From Octopus sinensis (taxonomy: Eukaryota), in contig NC_042997.1 in NCBI RefSeq assembly GCF_006345805.1, positions 16,554,001 through 16,618,000 on the forward strand: 64,000 bases of DNA. The letters run 5' to 3'. This document shows positions 13,706 through 26,722 of the stretch, in pieces; the first letter of the stretch is position 1, and the number at the start of each line of letters is the position of its first letter. The position numbers were made by a program, and so were the translations under genes. The notes beneath the pieces are model-generated. The model had not been told where the DNA came from and did no database searches. It saw only the letters and a list, made by a program, of their open reading frames with translations.

Positions 13706-15193
13706 ACAGGCTTTTAGTTTCTATTACTAAATCCACACACAATTCTTTGGTCAGCTTGGGGCTGTTGTAGAAGATACTTGCCCAAGGTGCCACCCAGTGA
13801 GTCTGAATCCAGAACCTTGTGGTTGGGAGGCAAACTTCTTACCACTCAATTATACTTACACCTATAACAGCCATGTCTGTGCCTACATAATATATATATA
13901 CATAGACTTACCCATCAATTTTAGTGTGTGAGGGTTCAACTGGTCAATAGGAAACTTAGTTCTGATGTCAGTATCTCTTGAGAGAGACTAATACATGATG
14001 GAAACTGAAAGAAGCCTGTCGTGTGTGTGTATATATATATATGCATGTGTGTGTGTGTGTGTGTGTGTTTGTCCACCACTACTACCATCTGGTAGCCAGT
14101 GTTGGTGTGTTTATGTCCCTCATAACTTAGCAGTTCAGCAAAATGGACTGATAGATTAACTACCATGGTTAAAAAATAAGTACCAGGATCAATTTGTTTG
14201 ACTAAAATTACAAGTGGAATAGTAAAATGTTATGATAAAACTACCTTGAATTAAGACTACTCACCCAGATGATTTGGTGTATTTTGGAGAAACTGAACAA
14301 TTATTTGCAGGTTTTATTATGGATAAAGATATGTTTTGATGAGAACTAAGGGGTTCCTCATTGTCAGTGTTCTTGATATATCATCTTTTAGCTGAAGTTG
14401 CTAGAAGAGTGACTCAAGAAAGAGCCTAGTGTTTTGTGTCAAAAGGTTTCAAAATGCATCATAAATATTTACTTGAAACTATTTGTGTTCTGAATTCGAA
14501 TCCTACTGAAGTGGATATGTGTTTGTGTGTGTATAATTTGAGAGCTGCTATTTCTTGTGTTTGAGTTACCACATAAAGGCTTCATAATTTGCTTGTTTTA
14601 TGTGAATAAGAAAATAGTGGTGGGAAGGAGGAACGCTAACCATGTTCGAATAATTAAGTTTATTGATTTTTAACTAATTACATGCAACGCCACAAATTTG
14701 TAGTGAAGGAAAAGACAATGAAATTGGCCCCTGGAATGATGGGAGGCAAAATTGATCTCAGTAAGGTTTCATTTTATTTATTGCTAATGCCTGAATCTGA
14801 ATTTGAAACCTGTTAAAAAAATATTTCACACTCTATCCCTTTCTATTTTTCATCTTCATCTCCTTATCTTTCAATTAAGTAGTTCAGATAAGTGGTTTGA
14901 AACAAATTTATACTTTAATTTGTGTAAGTGTATGTGTTTATTTTAAATTTCTGAGTCATAACTTCTCTGGTTATTCTAATGTATTTTGGTTATTTGATGA
15001 TGTTGACACCTCTCACTTGCCTTCATTATATTCTGGCGTAACAGCTCCTCTGCCCACACTTACGAAAAGAAATTCTTTGTTTTATTTATTATATAAAAGT
15101 TAGATGACCTGGGAAAAATTATAGTATGTTGCTACCAGGATATGGTCTTAAATCCAAATACTCAACATTTGGCAATGTGCTAGCGCTAATAAT

Positions 15194-15657
15194 CTATCTA
15201 TCTATCCGCTCAGTCGAAGTCGACTCTCGGTTACTCGTTGGATCAGTGTCCTCCAGTCAGTTCTATCCTGGGCCGCTTCTTTCAGATTGGCTATGTCCAT
15301 TCCGGTATCACTCTTGATGGTGTCAAGCCAGCGGGTTCTTGTTCGGCCTCTTCCTCTCTTGCCACTGACCATTCCGAGCATGATGTCCTTCTCCAGGGAC
15401 TTTCTCCGCATAATATGACCAAAATATGCCAATCTATGCTTGGTGATCCTAGCTTCTAGCGACATTTTTGGCCTGATCTGCTTAAGAACTTCTCCATTGG
15501 TGAGCCACGCTGTCCATGGAATCCGTAAAAGTCTTCTCCAACACCAAAGCTCGAATGCATTAATTCTCTTCTGGTCATCTTTCTTTAGTGTCCAGGTCTC
15601 ACATCCATATGTTGCTATTGGGAGGACAATTGCATTCACCAATCTGCATTTGGTAAA
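15194..15657 (-). mobile_element. RTE-BovB-like LINE 3' end, ORF2 C-terminal fragment still open
   Basis: ORF 15202-15642 YGCETWTLKK..INAFELWCWRRLLRIPWTA..YFGHIMRR..LEKDIMLG..GKRGRGR..RVTESRLRL; (TAGA)n tail; probable TSD agc(g/a)ctaataat at 15182-15193 and 15658-15669. Confidence 0.9.
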
Positions 15658-15945
15658 AGCACTAATAATAATGGTTGTATATGTTGTTGTTTAGTCTTAA
15701 GTCAGGTCTGTTTGAGCAGAGCCTTAAACAAAGACATTCATGACAGGACCATACTGTTTATTTTCTCTTCTTTTTTTTTTATATTTTGGACCATATTGTC
15801 CAGTGTGTGTTTTTAAAGATGGTAAGGTGCAGTTTTGCAGGTTTGACTGCAACTTCTAGAACTAGGTGCAGGTGTGGCTGGTGTGGTAAGAAGTTTGTTT
15901 CCCAACCATATTTGGTTGATAGAAATAAAATGAAGCCTGTTGTGT

Positions 15946-16295
15946 CATCATCATCATCGTCATCGTTTAACGTCCGTTTTCCATGCTAGCATGGGTTGGA
16001 CGGTTCGACTGGGGTCTAGGAAGCCAGGAGGCTGCACCAGGCTCCAGTCTGATCTGGCAGTGTTTCCACTGCTGGATGCCCTTCCTAATGCCAACCACTC
16101 CATGAGTGTAGTGGGTGCTTTTCACGTGCCAGGGGAGGCTGGCAACGGCCTGGCACGGAAGCCAGTCAAGACGGCGCTGGCATTGGCCACGTTTGGATGG
16201 TGCAACTACAATTTCCATTTGATTTTTCTTTTGATGTTGATGTACTTGACTCAATACGTCTCCTCAAGCACAGCAGGTCGCCCTACGATCCACAG
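15946..16295 (-). mobile_element. Family B RTE 3'UTR copy
   Basis: Family B sequence extending into cttgactcaata.gtctcctcaagcacag, as at 11558-11587. Confidence 0.85.
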
Positions 16296-16679
16296 ACATG
16301 CAGTCTCCTCTCTTTGCCTTTTCTAAGGCCACCACCATAATGTTCCCTGGAGTTGATTGGGCTCTTGCCATTCAGTTTCTTGTCACCTCTACCTTCACTC
16401 CTACTTGTCACTCTTCATCTCGTTACTCTTGGTATATTCAGCTTAGATGCGCCACACTAATCATTATGCCTGATCCTTTCTTCCCAGAATGTCAATGCCA
16501 CTTCCCTCAAATTCTCTATCTTTTCTGCAGCTATTGATTTATAAAGGTTTGACGTCACCAAAAGCATTAATCTCACCAGTTTGGAGATTTCGCTACTATT
16601 TCTAGCAGATCGTGGGACCACATAGAAGATCCTTTATTAGCTGACCTAGATTCTTCTAAAATGGTTCCTCCATCAGATT

Positions 16680-16961
16680 GTTTGTTCCTTCTCGAGCCAT
16701 GCCTGGCTCATAAGGGCCGGTTTACGTATACGTACCCCACCTGGACGGGACGCTGGTCCGTCGCAGGTGAGCTGCAAGAGGAAAGAGTGGGAGAAAGTTG
16801 TGGCGAAAGAGTCAGCAGAAGTTCGCCATTACCTTCTGCCGGAGCCACGTGGAGCTTAGGTGTTTCTCTCATAAACACACAAATCGCCCGGTCTGAGATT
16901 CGAACCCGCGATCCCTCGCCCGCAAGTCCGCTGGTCTAACCACTAGACCTTGTGCCTCCAC
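16680..16961 (-). mobile_element. tRNA-derived SINE (OR1/OR2-like) with V-domain-like 3' half
   Basis: Reverse complement gtggaggcacaaggtctagtggttaga...gggttcgaatc; cctgcgacggaccagcgtcccgtccaggtg resembles the V-SINE core; 13-bp TSD cctccat(c/t)agatt at 16667-16679 and 16962-16974. Confidence 0.85.
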
Positions 16962-16979
16962 CCTCCATTAGATTAGACT

Positions 16980-18300
16980 GTTCGTATTTTAACTATTCAG
17001 TCACCTACCTACTCATCGACTTATAATTCATGTTGCTGAGTGTTCCATAAACATGTGTTCCCTTAATATGATACTCAGGCAGAATCAGCGTAATATTGGG
17101 TTACAAGGCCGATCCGTTGTTATAGACGCCCGACGGGTTTCCGCACATTTTCCGTCAGCCCAGTTTCAATCATGCTGTTTGTGACTATAGTAGTGCGAAC
17201 TATACACTATGAACAGCTGTTATTCAGACAAACACCACCAGAAAGGTAAACAATATCTATTCTCATACAAATTCGCATCTCAGGTTTATTTACTTTATAG
17301 ATCGAACTACTTAGTAGTTAGTGTATGGTTAAATCACATCTGTTATCAGTTTTATATTTACTTTATACACCACGCACGGATGAGTAGGAATAGGCCTAAC
17401 ATGCCTTCAACAGAGTTCACTCTATTGCAGACATTAGGACTAGATCCCTGGGTCTGGCTGGGTTTCGTTCCCATTAATCCCAGTAGAATGGAAGCCTCTG
17501 CAAAAGGATTGTGGTCACTGTTCTTTCCGTGACTAAAACGCGCGCGCGCACACATGCACGCACGCATACACAACACACACACACACACACACACACAACG
17601 CACACACACACACGCACACACACACACACACACCACACACACACACAGAGTTTCTCTAGGATTTTCCCGAGTCGTATAATGTAGACGGGTCAGAAATATG
17701 CCTATTTTCCTAAAGGACCTACTTGTAAAAATCAGTATGTTTTCATAGATTGTTATTAATTTAAATTTCTTTCCCTGGATGAAATAAAATTGTTTTAACT
17801 GTGAATCGGATGCCGATAATTTACCACTTGTTCTTCGACACTCACCGTTTCTATTTCTTTAGATTTAGTGAAAAAAAAAATCTATTTAAGCTACCAAAAA
17901 GGTAAAGAACAAAAAAAAAAAAATGGAAATGTTGAGTTCTTGTATTTATGTCCTCACTCCCAAGATGTACACACCATTTGCCATAAGTGAAGTAAATTGA
18001 CTTCGAAAGGAATCGAAACCAAATATCTCTCAACCGGTCGTTTATAGTATTTTCTATACGAGGTGATATGAACAAGGGAGGCAAATCGGGATTTCTAACA
18101 CGTAGATTGTCTCAACTTGGTTGTTTTATTGCAGTGAATGGATTAAGAACTGAATTTTATTACCATTATTTCCTTTAACAAAAAAAAAAAAAAAAACAAA
18201 ACAAAAAAAACTAACAAATAATAACTAAACAACGAAACGATCGCTATAACTTTGTATTTTGCAACAGTTCAGTTAGTTTTTCCTTCTTAATTATTTTGGA
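16980..18300. promoter_or_regulatory. CpG-undepleted unique region, candidate promoter or first-exon region
   Basis: Many CpGs outside TEs (gacgcccgacggg, cgcgcgcgc, tcggatgccg, aacgaaacgatcg) against CpG-poor flanks; ~4 kb upstream of the ATG-bearing exon at 22237. Judged by eye. Confidence 0.45.
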
Positions 18301-18510
18301 AAGCCAATACAAAAAGAAACAACAAAAAGCACCAAATGCTAAACAAATGAAATCAATATTTAAAAAAATATTTTCTTTATCACAATATTATCATCATATA
18401 TATATAAACCGCAGAAATACTTTTTCAATGTTTTTCTTCTCAATAAAATAAGTTCTAATTTTTTACAACTTAAAAATGTTTCCTGAAGTCATGGGAGCTG
18501 TGCTGTTTTC

Positions 18511-18840
18511 GGACATATTTACAAAGTAAGAAAACAGCACAGCTCCCATGACTTCAGGAAACATTTTTTCACGCTGAGAGTTGCTGAAGCATGGAACAAA
18601 CTGCCGGCATCAGTTGTTAGTTGTCGAAGCACTGCATCCTTCAAAACTTCCATGCTTTCTGAGATTCTCCAACACTACACCTGATTTTCTCCCCTCCATA
18701 CACACACAAGCATGTATCTGACTCATACATTGTTCGCTTTCCAGACATTTCTACATTACTGCATGTACTTTATATGCACTTTCTGACAAGTTGTGGTGCA
18801 CCTGAGCACTGTATGCAATTAATTTCATTATATCATTATT
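18511..18840 (+). mobile_element. CR1-clade LINE 3' end
   Basis: GHIYKVRKQHSSHDFRKHFFTLRVAEAWNKLPASVVSCRSTASFK matches the CR1 ORF2 C-terminal pattern; att-rich tail; older copy at 32575-33140. Confidence 0.85.
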
Positions 18841-19099
18841 AAACGTTCAGAAAAATGACTAGTCTGGGGATAAGTAACACCCTGTTACCCATTGTTCTAT
18901 GGGGATCTTTGAAGATTTCATGTTATAGTCAGTCATATAAAAAGAATGATACCAGAGTGTCATTATCGGCATCTCCGCCCCCTCTCCATAGATAGATTGA
19001 AGGGTAAACACAGGACACTAACAAACCTCAGACAATTCTAAAGTTTTCAGGATTGCTGGACCAAAAAGAAAAAAAAGAAAAAAGAAGTCTGCTACCAAG

Positions 19100-20270
19100 A
19101 CAAATGGTACTGTACCAAACTAAATCGAGTACTCTGATTCTGAATCTGAACTCAGAATTGCTGTAGCACGTCACGATTTGTTATGTGCATAGTTATATAT
19201 TAATACTATATTAATATTAGGAATAGTTAATACAATGGTACATAGTATATTTATGTTTGGGGGAATATTCACTTTATTTTTTATATTCTAAGCTCAGAAA
19301 TGTTTGAGACACTTGCTCTTGTGCTTATGCATTGTGCTGGTCTTCTGTCGTAAGAACCAGCAGTAGTCACTCATGTGTGGATTGAACCAGCCTTGATACC
19401 TCATTTCCATTCTCAGATATATCCTGGTGGAACCTCTCTCCATGCACTTCACTAATGGCACTAAGATTCATTGGAAAAAAAATTGAGATGAGAATGCAAG
19501 AAGTGCATTTTAAGAGACATTTGGCATCCCATTCTTTCATACGCTGTTAACATGTTGTTCATTAAATCAGCATAGTTTTCAGATCTATGATTTCCAAAAA
19601 AATTCTGTACAACTAACACATATGAATCCCATGCCATCAGCTCAACTGGATTCAGTTTACCTCTCTGAATTTACTATCAGACATCAATTCTCTGATCTTA
19701 GGTCCAATGAAAACGCCTGCTTTTAGTTTTTTGTGTCACTTTTCTCTGCACCAAATTTTACCTTTAGGTACTGGAAGCCACAACCATTGTGTGTCATTGC
19801 TTTTACAAAGTTTTTAATGAGGCCAAGTTTGATGTGAAGGGGTGGAAGGAAGATCTTTTGCGGGTCTACCAGTGGCATATGCTGCACATTGTACCGACCA
19901 ACTATGCACTCATCTCTTTTTGGCCAGTCTTTTACAATGTAATAATTGCTGTTGTTGCGGCTGTTCTAAACACACAAGAAGCACATATTTTTGGTATATC
20001 CCAGCTGCAGTCCCAGGAGGAGGGAAATCACCTTTAAATCATCACAAATATTCCACTTATGAACTGAGTAATTAACTCCTTTCAGAATGAGTTCCATTGA
20101 CTCATAAGTTTCTTCCATAACGACAATATGACCCAGAGGAATGGAAGGTTTTTCGACACAGCTTTGAGGCTAACCTTGAATCTATAAACAATTTCCATTC
20201 ATTAACCACATGCACATATCCTAGTTTTTGCATGCGTGCCAGCTTAGTCTGTGAGTAAATAATTCAATTC
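19100..20270 (-). pseudogene. Degenerate Sola2 DNA transposon transposase
   Basis: Minus-strand motifs DLKVISLLLGLQLGYTKNMCFLC, PLHIKLGLIKNFVKAM, MGCQMSLKMHFLHSHLNFF and HGERFHQDI..MEMRYQG; disrupted by stops and frameshifts. Confidence 0.85.
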
Positions 20271-20777
20271 TTCAAACTAACATCAAAACTTTTAGGTGCT
20301 GGTATGTGATACTGTGGGTTTTGGGTTCAGTCCCACTGTGTAGCACTTTGAGCAAGTGTCTCTACTACAACCCCAGGCTGACCAAAGCTTTGTGGGTGAA
20401 TTTGGTAGATGGAAACTATGTGGAAGCTCATCATGTATGTATGCATATATACATACATGCGTGTGTGTATTTGTCCACCACCACTACTTGACAACCAGCA
20501 TTGGTTTGTTTACATTCTCCATAATCCATAGTGATTCAACAAAAGAGACTGCAAGAATAAGTACCAGCCTTAAAAATAAGTTCTGAGACTGATTTGTTTG
20601 GCTAAACTCTTTAAAGTGGTGCCCCAGTATGACCATTGTCCTATGACTGGAACATGTAAGAAGTGAAAAAATCTATTGCTAATTTATTCAATGTGTGCCC
20701 TGTTTATTATGACAATAATGCTGTTTTTCAGAAAGATTTGCTTGCTATTTTTAGCAGATCAAGCAATTATATAGAAG

Positions 20778-20963
20778 CAGTGTTCTACAACCAGTATTCC
20801 ACAGCATACTGGTGTGCCATGATACAATGCTGGGTGTGCCACTGCATAACCTGAATATAATTTTTCTCTCTATACTTTTAGTTATATTTTTAGTTCAGGT
20901 GTTCCACTGAAAATTTAAAAGAATATAAGTGTACCACAAGTGAAAAAAAGTTGCAGAGCACTA
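20778..20963. mobile_element. hAT-type MITE
   Basis: TIRs cagtgttctacaac / gttgcagagcacta; imperfect TSD atataga(a)g. Confidence 0.65.
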
Positions 20964-22236
20964 ATATAGAGCAGCAGTAGTGATACCCGATTAGCACCAG
21001 GCCCAATTCGCAAGCGCACAGCAAACTATGGAAAGTGTTGTGAAAGATTACAAAAGAAAAAGTTTCTTTTTTACATATACAATAGGCGCAAGTATGGCTT
21101 GTGGTTAAGAAGTTTGCTTCCTAATTATGCAGTTTCAGAGTCGAATTCAGTGCTACTGAATAGCACCTTGGGCCAACCAAAGCCTTGTACTTACAAAGCT
21201 TTGGTTGGCCTAAGGTGATGACAACTGAAAGAAGTCCGTCATATATGATTTGTTTTGATTCTGTGTTTGTGGTTAGTGTTTGTCTGGTATTTAAGAATGC
21301 TAGGAGTGCTACTTACTGTGCTAGTATCAGACAGTGTGAATAAGTGCTCAACACCCGCATTGGTAGATAAGTATTCTTTATTTGTGGATTAAGAGACACA
21401 AACAAACACTTGCACACCCACATGTGGGTGTGTTTATGTGCATGTGTATGTTTGTGTCTTTTAATGTCGATATTACTTGGTTGTTGTAAATGAATGTTTA
21501 TTCATTTCCAATTTTCTGTGAAAACATATGTGGCTATAAGGGAAATATTACCATACTTGTAAACAGGTAAGGATTGGTGACAGGAAGGGTCTATCTGGTT
21601 GTAGAATATCTGCCTCAGTAAACTCCATCTGACCCATGGATGATGATGGTGACAATTAGGCAACTTAAATTTCCATTTTAGTCTTAGGGATTAAAGCATT
21701 TTTAACAATGAGATTTCATCAGTGGGCAGTTTCATATTTGAACAAGGGTGAAATGTCAATTGTGGGTGAAGATTTTCTTATATACCACTGATATAGGAGG
21801 CTCCTGCCACTCAGGAATTTGAAACTTCCCACTATTATCTTTTATTGTTTGTGTATCTTTTTTTGTTCTTTTGGTGAGGTGAACTGACTCTTCTGTAGTA
21901 CACAAGAGTTAAGATATAGACTCAAATCTGCTGTAGATTGTAGAAGCCAGGATAACTGCTTTGAGTAGTAATTGCTGTTATGACTCACTGTTTTTATAAT
22001 AAAAATTTTTTTATATCAGATTTTTTTTAAAAGTTGTATTCTAGGAAATAAGAATGTCTTTGCAAAATTTATTTTAATTTACAGTTTCCTTTTTGTTTTT
22101 TAACTCATTTTTGTCTCTCAGTTTCTTTCTTTCTTTCTTTCTACTTTTAAAAAAAAAAATATTCCAGTCAGTTTTTGCTCACATTTATATATTACTTAAG
22201 TTTCAAATTTCAATTTTTTCTTTCTTTTTCCTCTAG

Positions 22237-22515
22237 GAAAGTATGATGACTGGCCGGAAAAAAGTTGCCTTATTACCCACTTCCAGGTGTGATGGTGTAT
22301 TGCAGCCACAGCAGCAGCATCATCATAATCATCACCATCACCACCATCATCATCACCATCACCACCATCATCACCAGCAACAACAACTACAACAGCAGCT
22401 ACCACAGCAGCACAAAAAAATTGTCATGACTCGGAAGAATCTTGTTGCATCCAAACAGTCTTCTATGGATTCTTCCCTCCTTCGGCCAAAGAGGAATATT
22501 CAAGTAAAAAATTTG
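22237..22515 (+). CDS. Coding exon of host gene with poly-His/poly-Gln tract (possibly the start-codon exon)
   Basis: Strong polypyrimidine acceptor ttttttctttctttttcctctag, donor TTG|GTGAGC, 279 nt open: ESMMTGRKKVALLPTSRCDGVLQPQQQ(H-rich tract)QQQQLQQQLPQQHKKIVMTRKNLVASKQSSMDSSLLRPKRNIQVKNL; mixed CAT/CAC and CAA/CAG codons. Confidence 0.8.
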
Positions 22516-23076
22516 GTGAGCTTTATTTGTGAATAATTTTTCTAGACATTTAAAACATACACACTCACATTTTTTTTGTTTGATTCTTGAAATTTTCATT
22601 TCTTACATAAGCATGACGCCTAAGGTTATTTTTTCTTTTAATGAAAGGGGATTAGGGAAATTAGGATACACATAGTTTCCTCCAAGAGCATTAGTGGTAC
22701 ATTCCCAATTACAAATGGAAACCAGATTAAAGATTTAGCTTACCAAGAGTTTGTTACTATTCTACAGGTTCAATATTAGTTTCAAAGTTTTCCCAGAGAA
22801 GGAGTTTAGTCGATTAAATCCTTCCCAGTGCCCAACTGGTACTTCTTTTATTGACCCCGAAAGGAGAAAGGCAAGGTAACCTCAGCAGAATTTGAACTCA
22901 GAATATAAAAACAGATGAAATGCTGCTAAGAATTTCGCTTGGTTTGCTAATGATTCTGCCACCTCACTGCTTTCTACAAGTTTAATATTAAGAATATTAA
23001 ATTATAATGTGTTATTTCGTTTTTGGATTATAAGGCACAAAAAGAAAATGACTCTCCCCAGACACAATAGAATATA

Positions 23077-23193
23077 TCATCATCATCGTTTAACGTCCGT
23101 TCTCCATGCTAGCATGGGTTGAACGGTTCGACCGGGGATCTGGGAAGCCAGAAGGCTGCACCAGACTCCAGTCTTATCTGGCAATGTTTCTAC
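23077..23193 (-). mobile_element. Short family B RTE tail with TSD
   Basis: agaatata direct repeats at 23069-23076 and 23194-23201. Confidence 0.8.
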
Positions 23194-23487
23194 AGAATAT
23201 AATGTGTTAATTTTTAAAAATAAGGTTCAAATTGCTATTATTCCTTTCTAATTGTATTTTATTTCTGTAATCTCCTAAACCGAATACTGTATGCTCTATT
23301 TTGATCCCAATTTCTTTGTGAGATTTTAATATACGTGACTGGTGTGTCATTTAGTGAAAGTGTTCAATGTTATAATAAATTATCTAAAATTATCTATAAT
23401 TATGAGATATTTTATTAAGGTTATGAATTGGTAGATTTTGTATTTTGAAAAATTTCTTGAAAGTTATGGCTCTTTGCTTAGGTAGCA

Positions 23488-23539
<52 letters not shown>

Positions 23540-23542
<3 letters not shown>

Positions 23543-23727
23543 GTTTCAGATTTTGGCACAAGGCCAGCAATTTTAGGTAAGTTGATAACATTGACCCCAG
23601 TGCTCAACTGGTGATTATTTTGTTGACCCTGAAAGGATGAAAGACAAAGTCAACCTCAGTGAATTTGGACCCGGAATGTAAAGATGAACAAAATACTGCT
23701 AAGTATTCTGCCAGCTTGCTGCCTTAT
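23540..23727 (-). mobile_element. Degenerate Nin-type SINE (others near 22780, 29665, 29880, 48060, 53370, 62365)
   Basis: gaccctgaaaggatgaaagacaaagtcaacctc is the reverse complement of the core in 1142-1371. Confidence 0.7.
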
Positions 23728-24149
23728 ATGGGCTACAGATTAGATGTGTGGCTGGTGCAAGGTCCTAGCCAGATAGAAGATGGTTGATAAGTTCATAAAA
23801 GCTGAGAGATAGACTAAGAGCAAAGCTGCTAGAACAGAAGTTAGTCATTGGTATACTTAGGTGATGGAGAAGCAACATTAGGATCAGAAGCATGAGGTAT
23901 TCTGGATTGTAAGACCATGATAGAGAAAATCAGGTTGGGAATGATAGCAGTCAGTGCATATGTCCTTGCCTTATCATTTTATAAAAAGAAGAAAAATCCT
24001 ATTATGAGAAGTTGCAATAGAGATGGGGAGAGAGAGAGAGAAGAAAGAGAGAGAGGGAGAGAGAGAAATGGAGAGAAGGTAGGGAGAGAGAGCATTTCCC
24101 ATGTAAACTCAACAGGAAGACTAGATTATGGTTTGACAGCAGTTTACTT

Positions 24150-24540
24150 CATTGGGTAATTAAAGATATGAAGGCAGGGAGGGTAGCTGGATTGCTGGGT
24201 GTAGTTACTGAGATACTGAAAATATTAAGCATGGAGAGATATGTGCTGGTCATGCTCATAGCCAAATGGTGTGGCAGTATCTTCATTGACTGTGACAAGG
24301 ATAAAGGAGAGGCTCTAATAAGAGCAAGTTATAGAGGTATCAAGTTGATGTCTAGGTTGTCACAGCATAACTAATTAGAATGAGAATTAGTCTGGATAAA
24401 ATGCAGTTTGGCTTGGTGCTGGGAAGAGGTACCTCTAATATTCTCTTGCTCGTAAAACAACTGGAGGAGTTTTTAATGAGGCATATGCTGCTGTATCTAG
24501 CACTAATTGACTTATAAGGTCTTTGGAAAGGTTTCGTGTT
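24150..24540 (+). pseudogene. Old RTE reverse transcriptase fragment
   Basis: MKAGRVAG..GVVTEILK...DKGEAL..SYRGIKL...MQFGLVLGRGT corresponds to RT N-terminal motifs (KAPG, YRGI, QFGF). Confidence 0.7.
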
Positions 24541-26208
24541 CTTAATCTGATGGTCACTAATCTATATTTAGGTATATGGCAATATGAACTAATGGGGGCC
24601 TCATGGAGGCAAAGTGGCTGAGTTCCTTTCAAGTTTAGGGCCTCATGGAGGCAATGACCAAAACATTTTGGCACTATGTTGTCCTTGAGAAAAAAAAACC
24701 ATCAAGCCAAGCAAAATTGCAGTCATGGCAGATACCAGTGTCACACAAATTGACACCCATGCTGGTGGTATGTAAACGCACCCCAGTGTCACGCAAATGG
24801 TACATAAAAGTACCCGTTACACTCTCTGAGCGGTTGGTGTTAGGAAGGGCATCCAGTCATAGAAAACCATGTCAAATCACACTGGAGTCTGGTGCAGCCT
24901 TCCAGCGTACCAACCCAGCCAAACCATCCATCCCATGCCAGTATGGACAACGGATGTTAAATGATGATGTTGTGTATGTTGGTGTATAGTGAAATGAAAT
25001 AGATTTAGATTCCAGGCAAGGAAGTCCTACATAGTGAGTACTTGTTGGTTTCTTTTCAAAATGCTGGGGCTTGAGATCTCCCACCTGATGCTTGATTTCA
25101 TATATCAAGAACCCTAGTGCTCCTGTGGGAGTTTACCTATAGGGAGAATTGTTGTTTAGTCCCCTTATATTTATATACCTATAATCAAAAGCATTCTAGC
25201 TGTGACTAATCTTTTTGTATTTTTTTTCAGATATTGTGTATCTAGGCTTATATTAACCAATGGGTCTTTCCCTTTTGTATAGCATGCATATGAGTCACAG
25301 AATGGGTGACAAAGTAATATGAATTTAGGTTTATGTGAATATGGTATTTGTGGAGGAAAGGTGATTTGTTGGATCAGCCCTGGGTTATATTTCTTTGTGT
25401 TTTTTGGTGGAAAATGTTAAGTGTTCTATTGTGTGGATGGTTTGCAAGCTATATTTGTACACAAAAGGAAAAAGAGTCATCTTGCCTGTGATGTTAAAAA
25501 AAAAATACATAACATTGAAAAATTGACCTTGATGGCATTCAAACTCAGAAACAGGGGTACAAATTTAAATACTGTTTGGTATTTTGTCCAGTGCAGTACA
25601 TTTTTTTTCCCTGCAACCTCACTCTAAAAAACAGAATAATAGGCACCCTATATCTAGACTGACACTTAAATTACCTTATCAAACCAATTGCTGGCAGAAA
25701 ATAAATAATAATAATAATACTTGTCAGTAACTTTGTCAGTGAACCAGTTTATCCAACAGTAAACTGTGATTCTTAACCCAGAAAATTGTTTAAGTAGAAC
25801 TTTGATGCTGGCTGAAAAGAAAGCAAGTCAATTCTGTCTAGCCCTCTTTGGTCATATTTATCTTATTTAATTTAGCTGAGGTTAACTATAGTTCACCAGA
25901 CCAAAAATTCTCATGACCTAGTTACTTACATATGAGACTATAAGGCTTTGAAAAAAACTTTCTTGACCTGAATAATAATGGCAACTGGTGTCCATGTCTT
26001 TATGTTCTCTCTAACCATTATATATATATAATATAATATATATAAATATGTACATATATATATATGATCTGGATACAGACTGATGAGAGAAAGCTGTGAA
26101 TGACCTGGCCATGTTTTTTGTTGTTTTTCCTGTTTTGTCTTTGTATTGTCTATTTCTCTGGATGTTTTATTGTTGTCTGTTGTGCGTACTTGTTCCATTT
26201 TGGGGATT

Positions 26209-26248
<40 letters not shown>

Positions 26249-26262
26249 TGTGTGTGTGTATA

Positions 26263-26339
<77 letters not shown>

Positions 26340-26352
26340 GAGAGAGAGAGAG

Positions 26353-26398
<46 letters not shown>

Positions 26399-26678
26399 GA
26401 TGTTAAAAATGCACTGAGAATAGTTAAAAATATTTTTTATTATATTTAAAGGTTTAACCAGTTTCAATGTTATAAGTGTAAACTGTGAAACCAGTTAAAT
26501 ATATATATATATAGATATCATAATATTGATAGGCTTAGATGCTCCAACTGATTTCAATGTATAACCATCATATTGTTGAATCAAATAGATGACATACTCA
26601 TTGTATTAGCCTGCAAAGTGGCTGAGTATTCCACTGACATATGCCAATAGTGTAACACAACACAACACACACACACAC

Positions 26679-26722
<44 letters not shown>

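Noticed and set aside
17209-17642. Overlapping ORFs on both strands in the CpG island
   Set aside because: No recognisable homology, weak splice signals, partly (CA)n.
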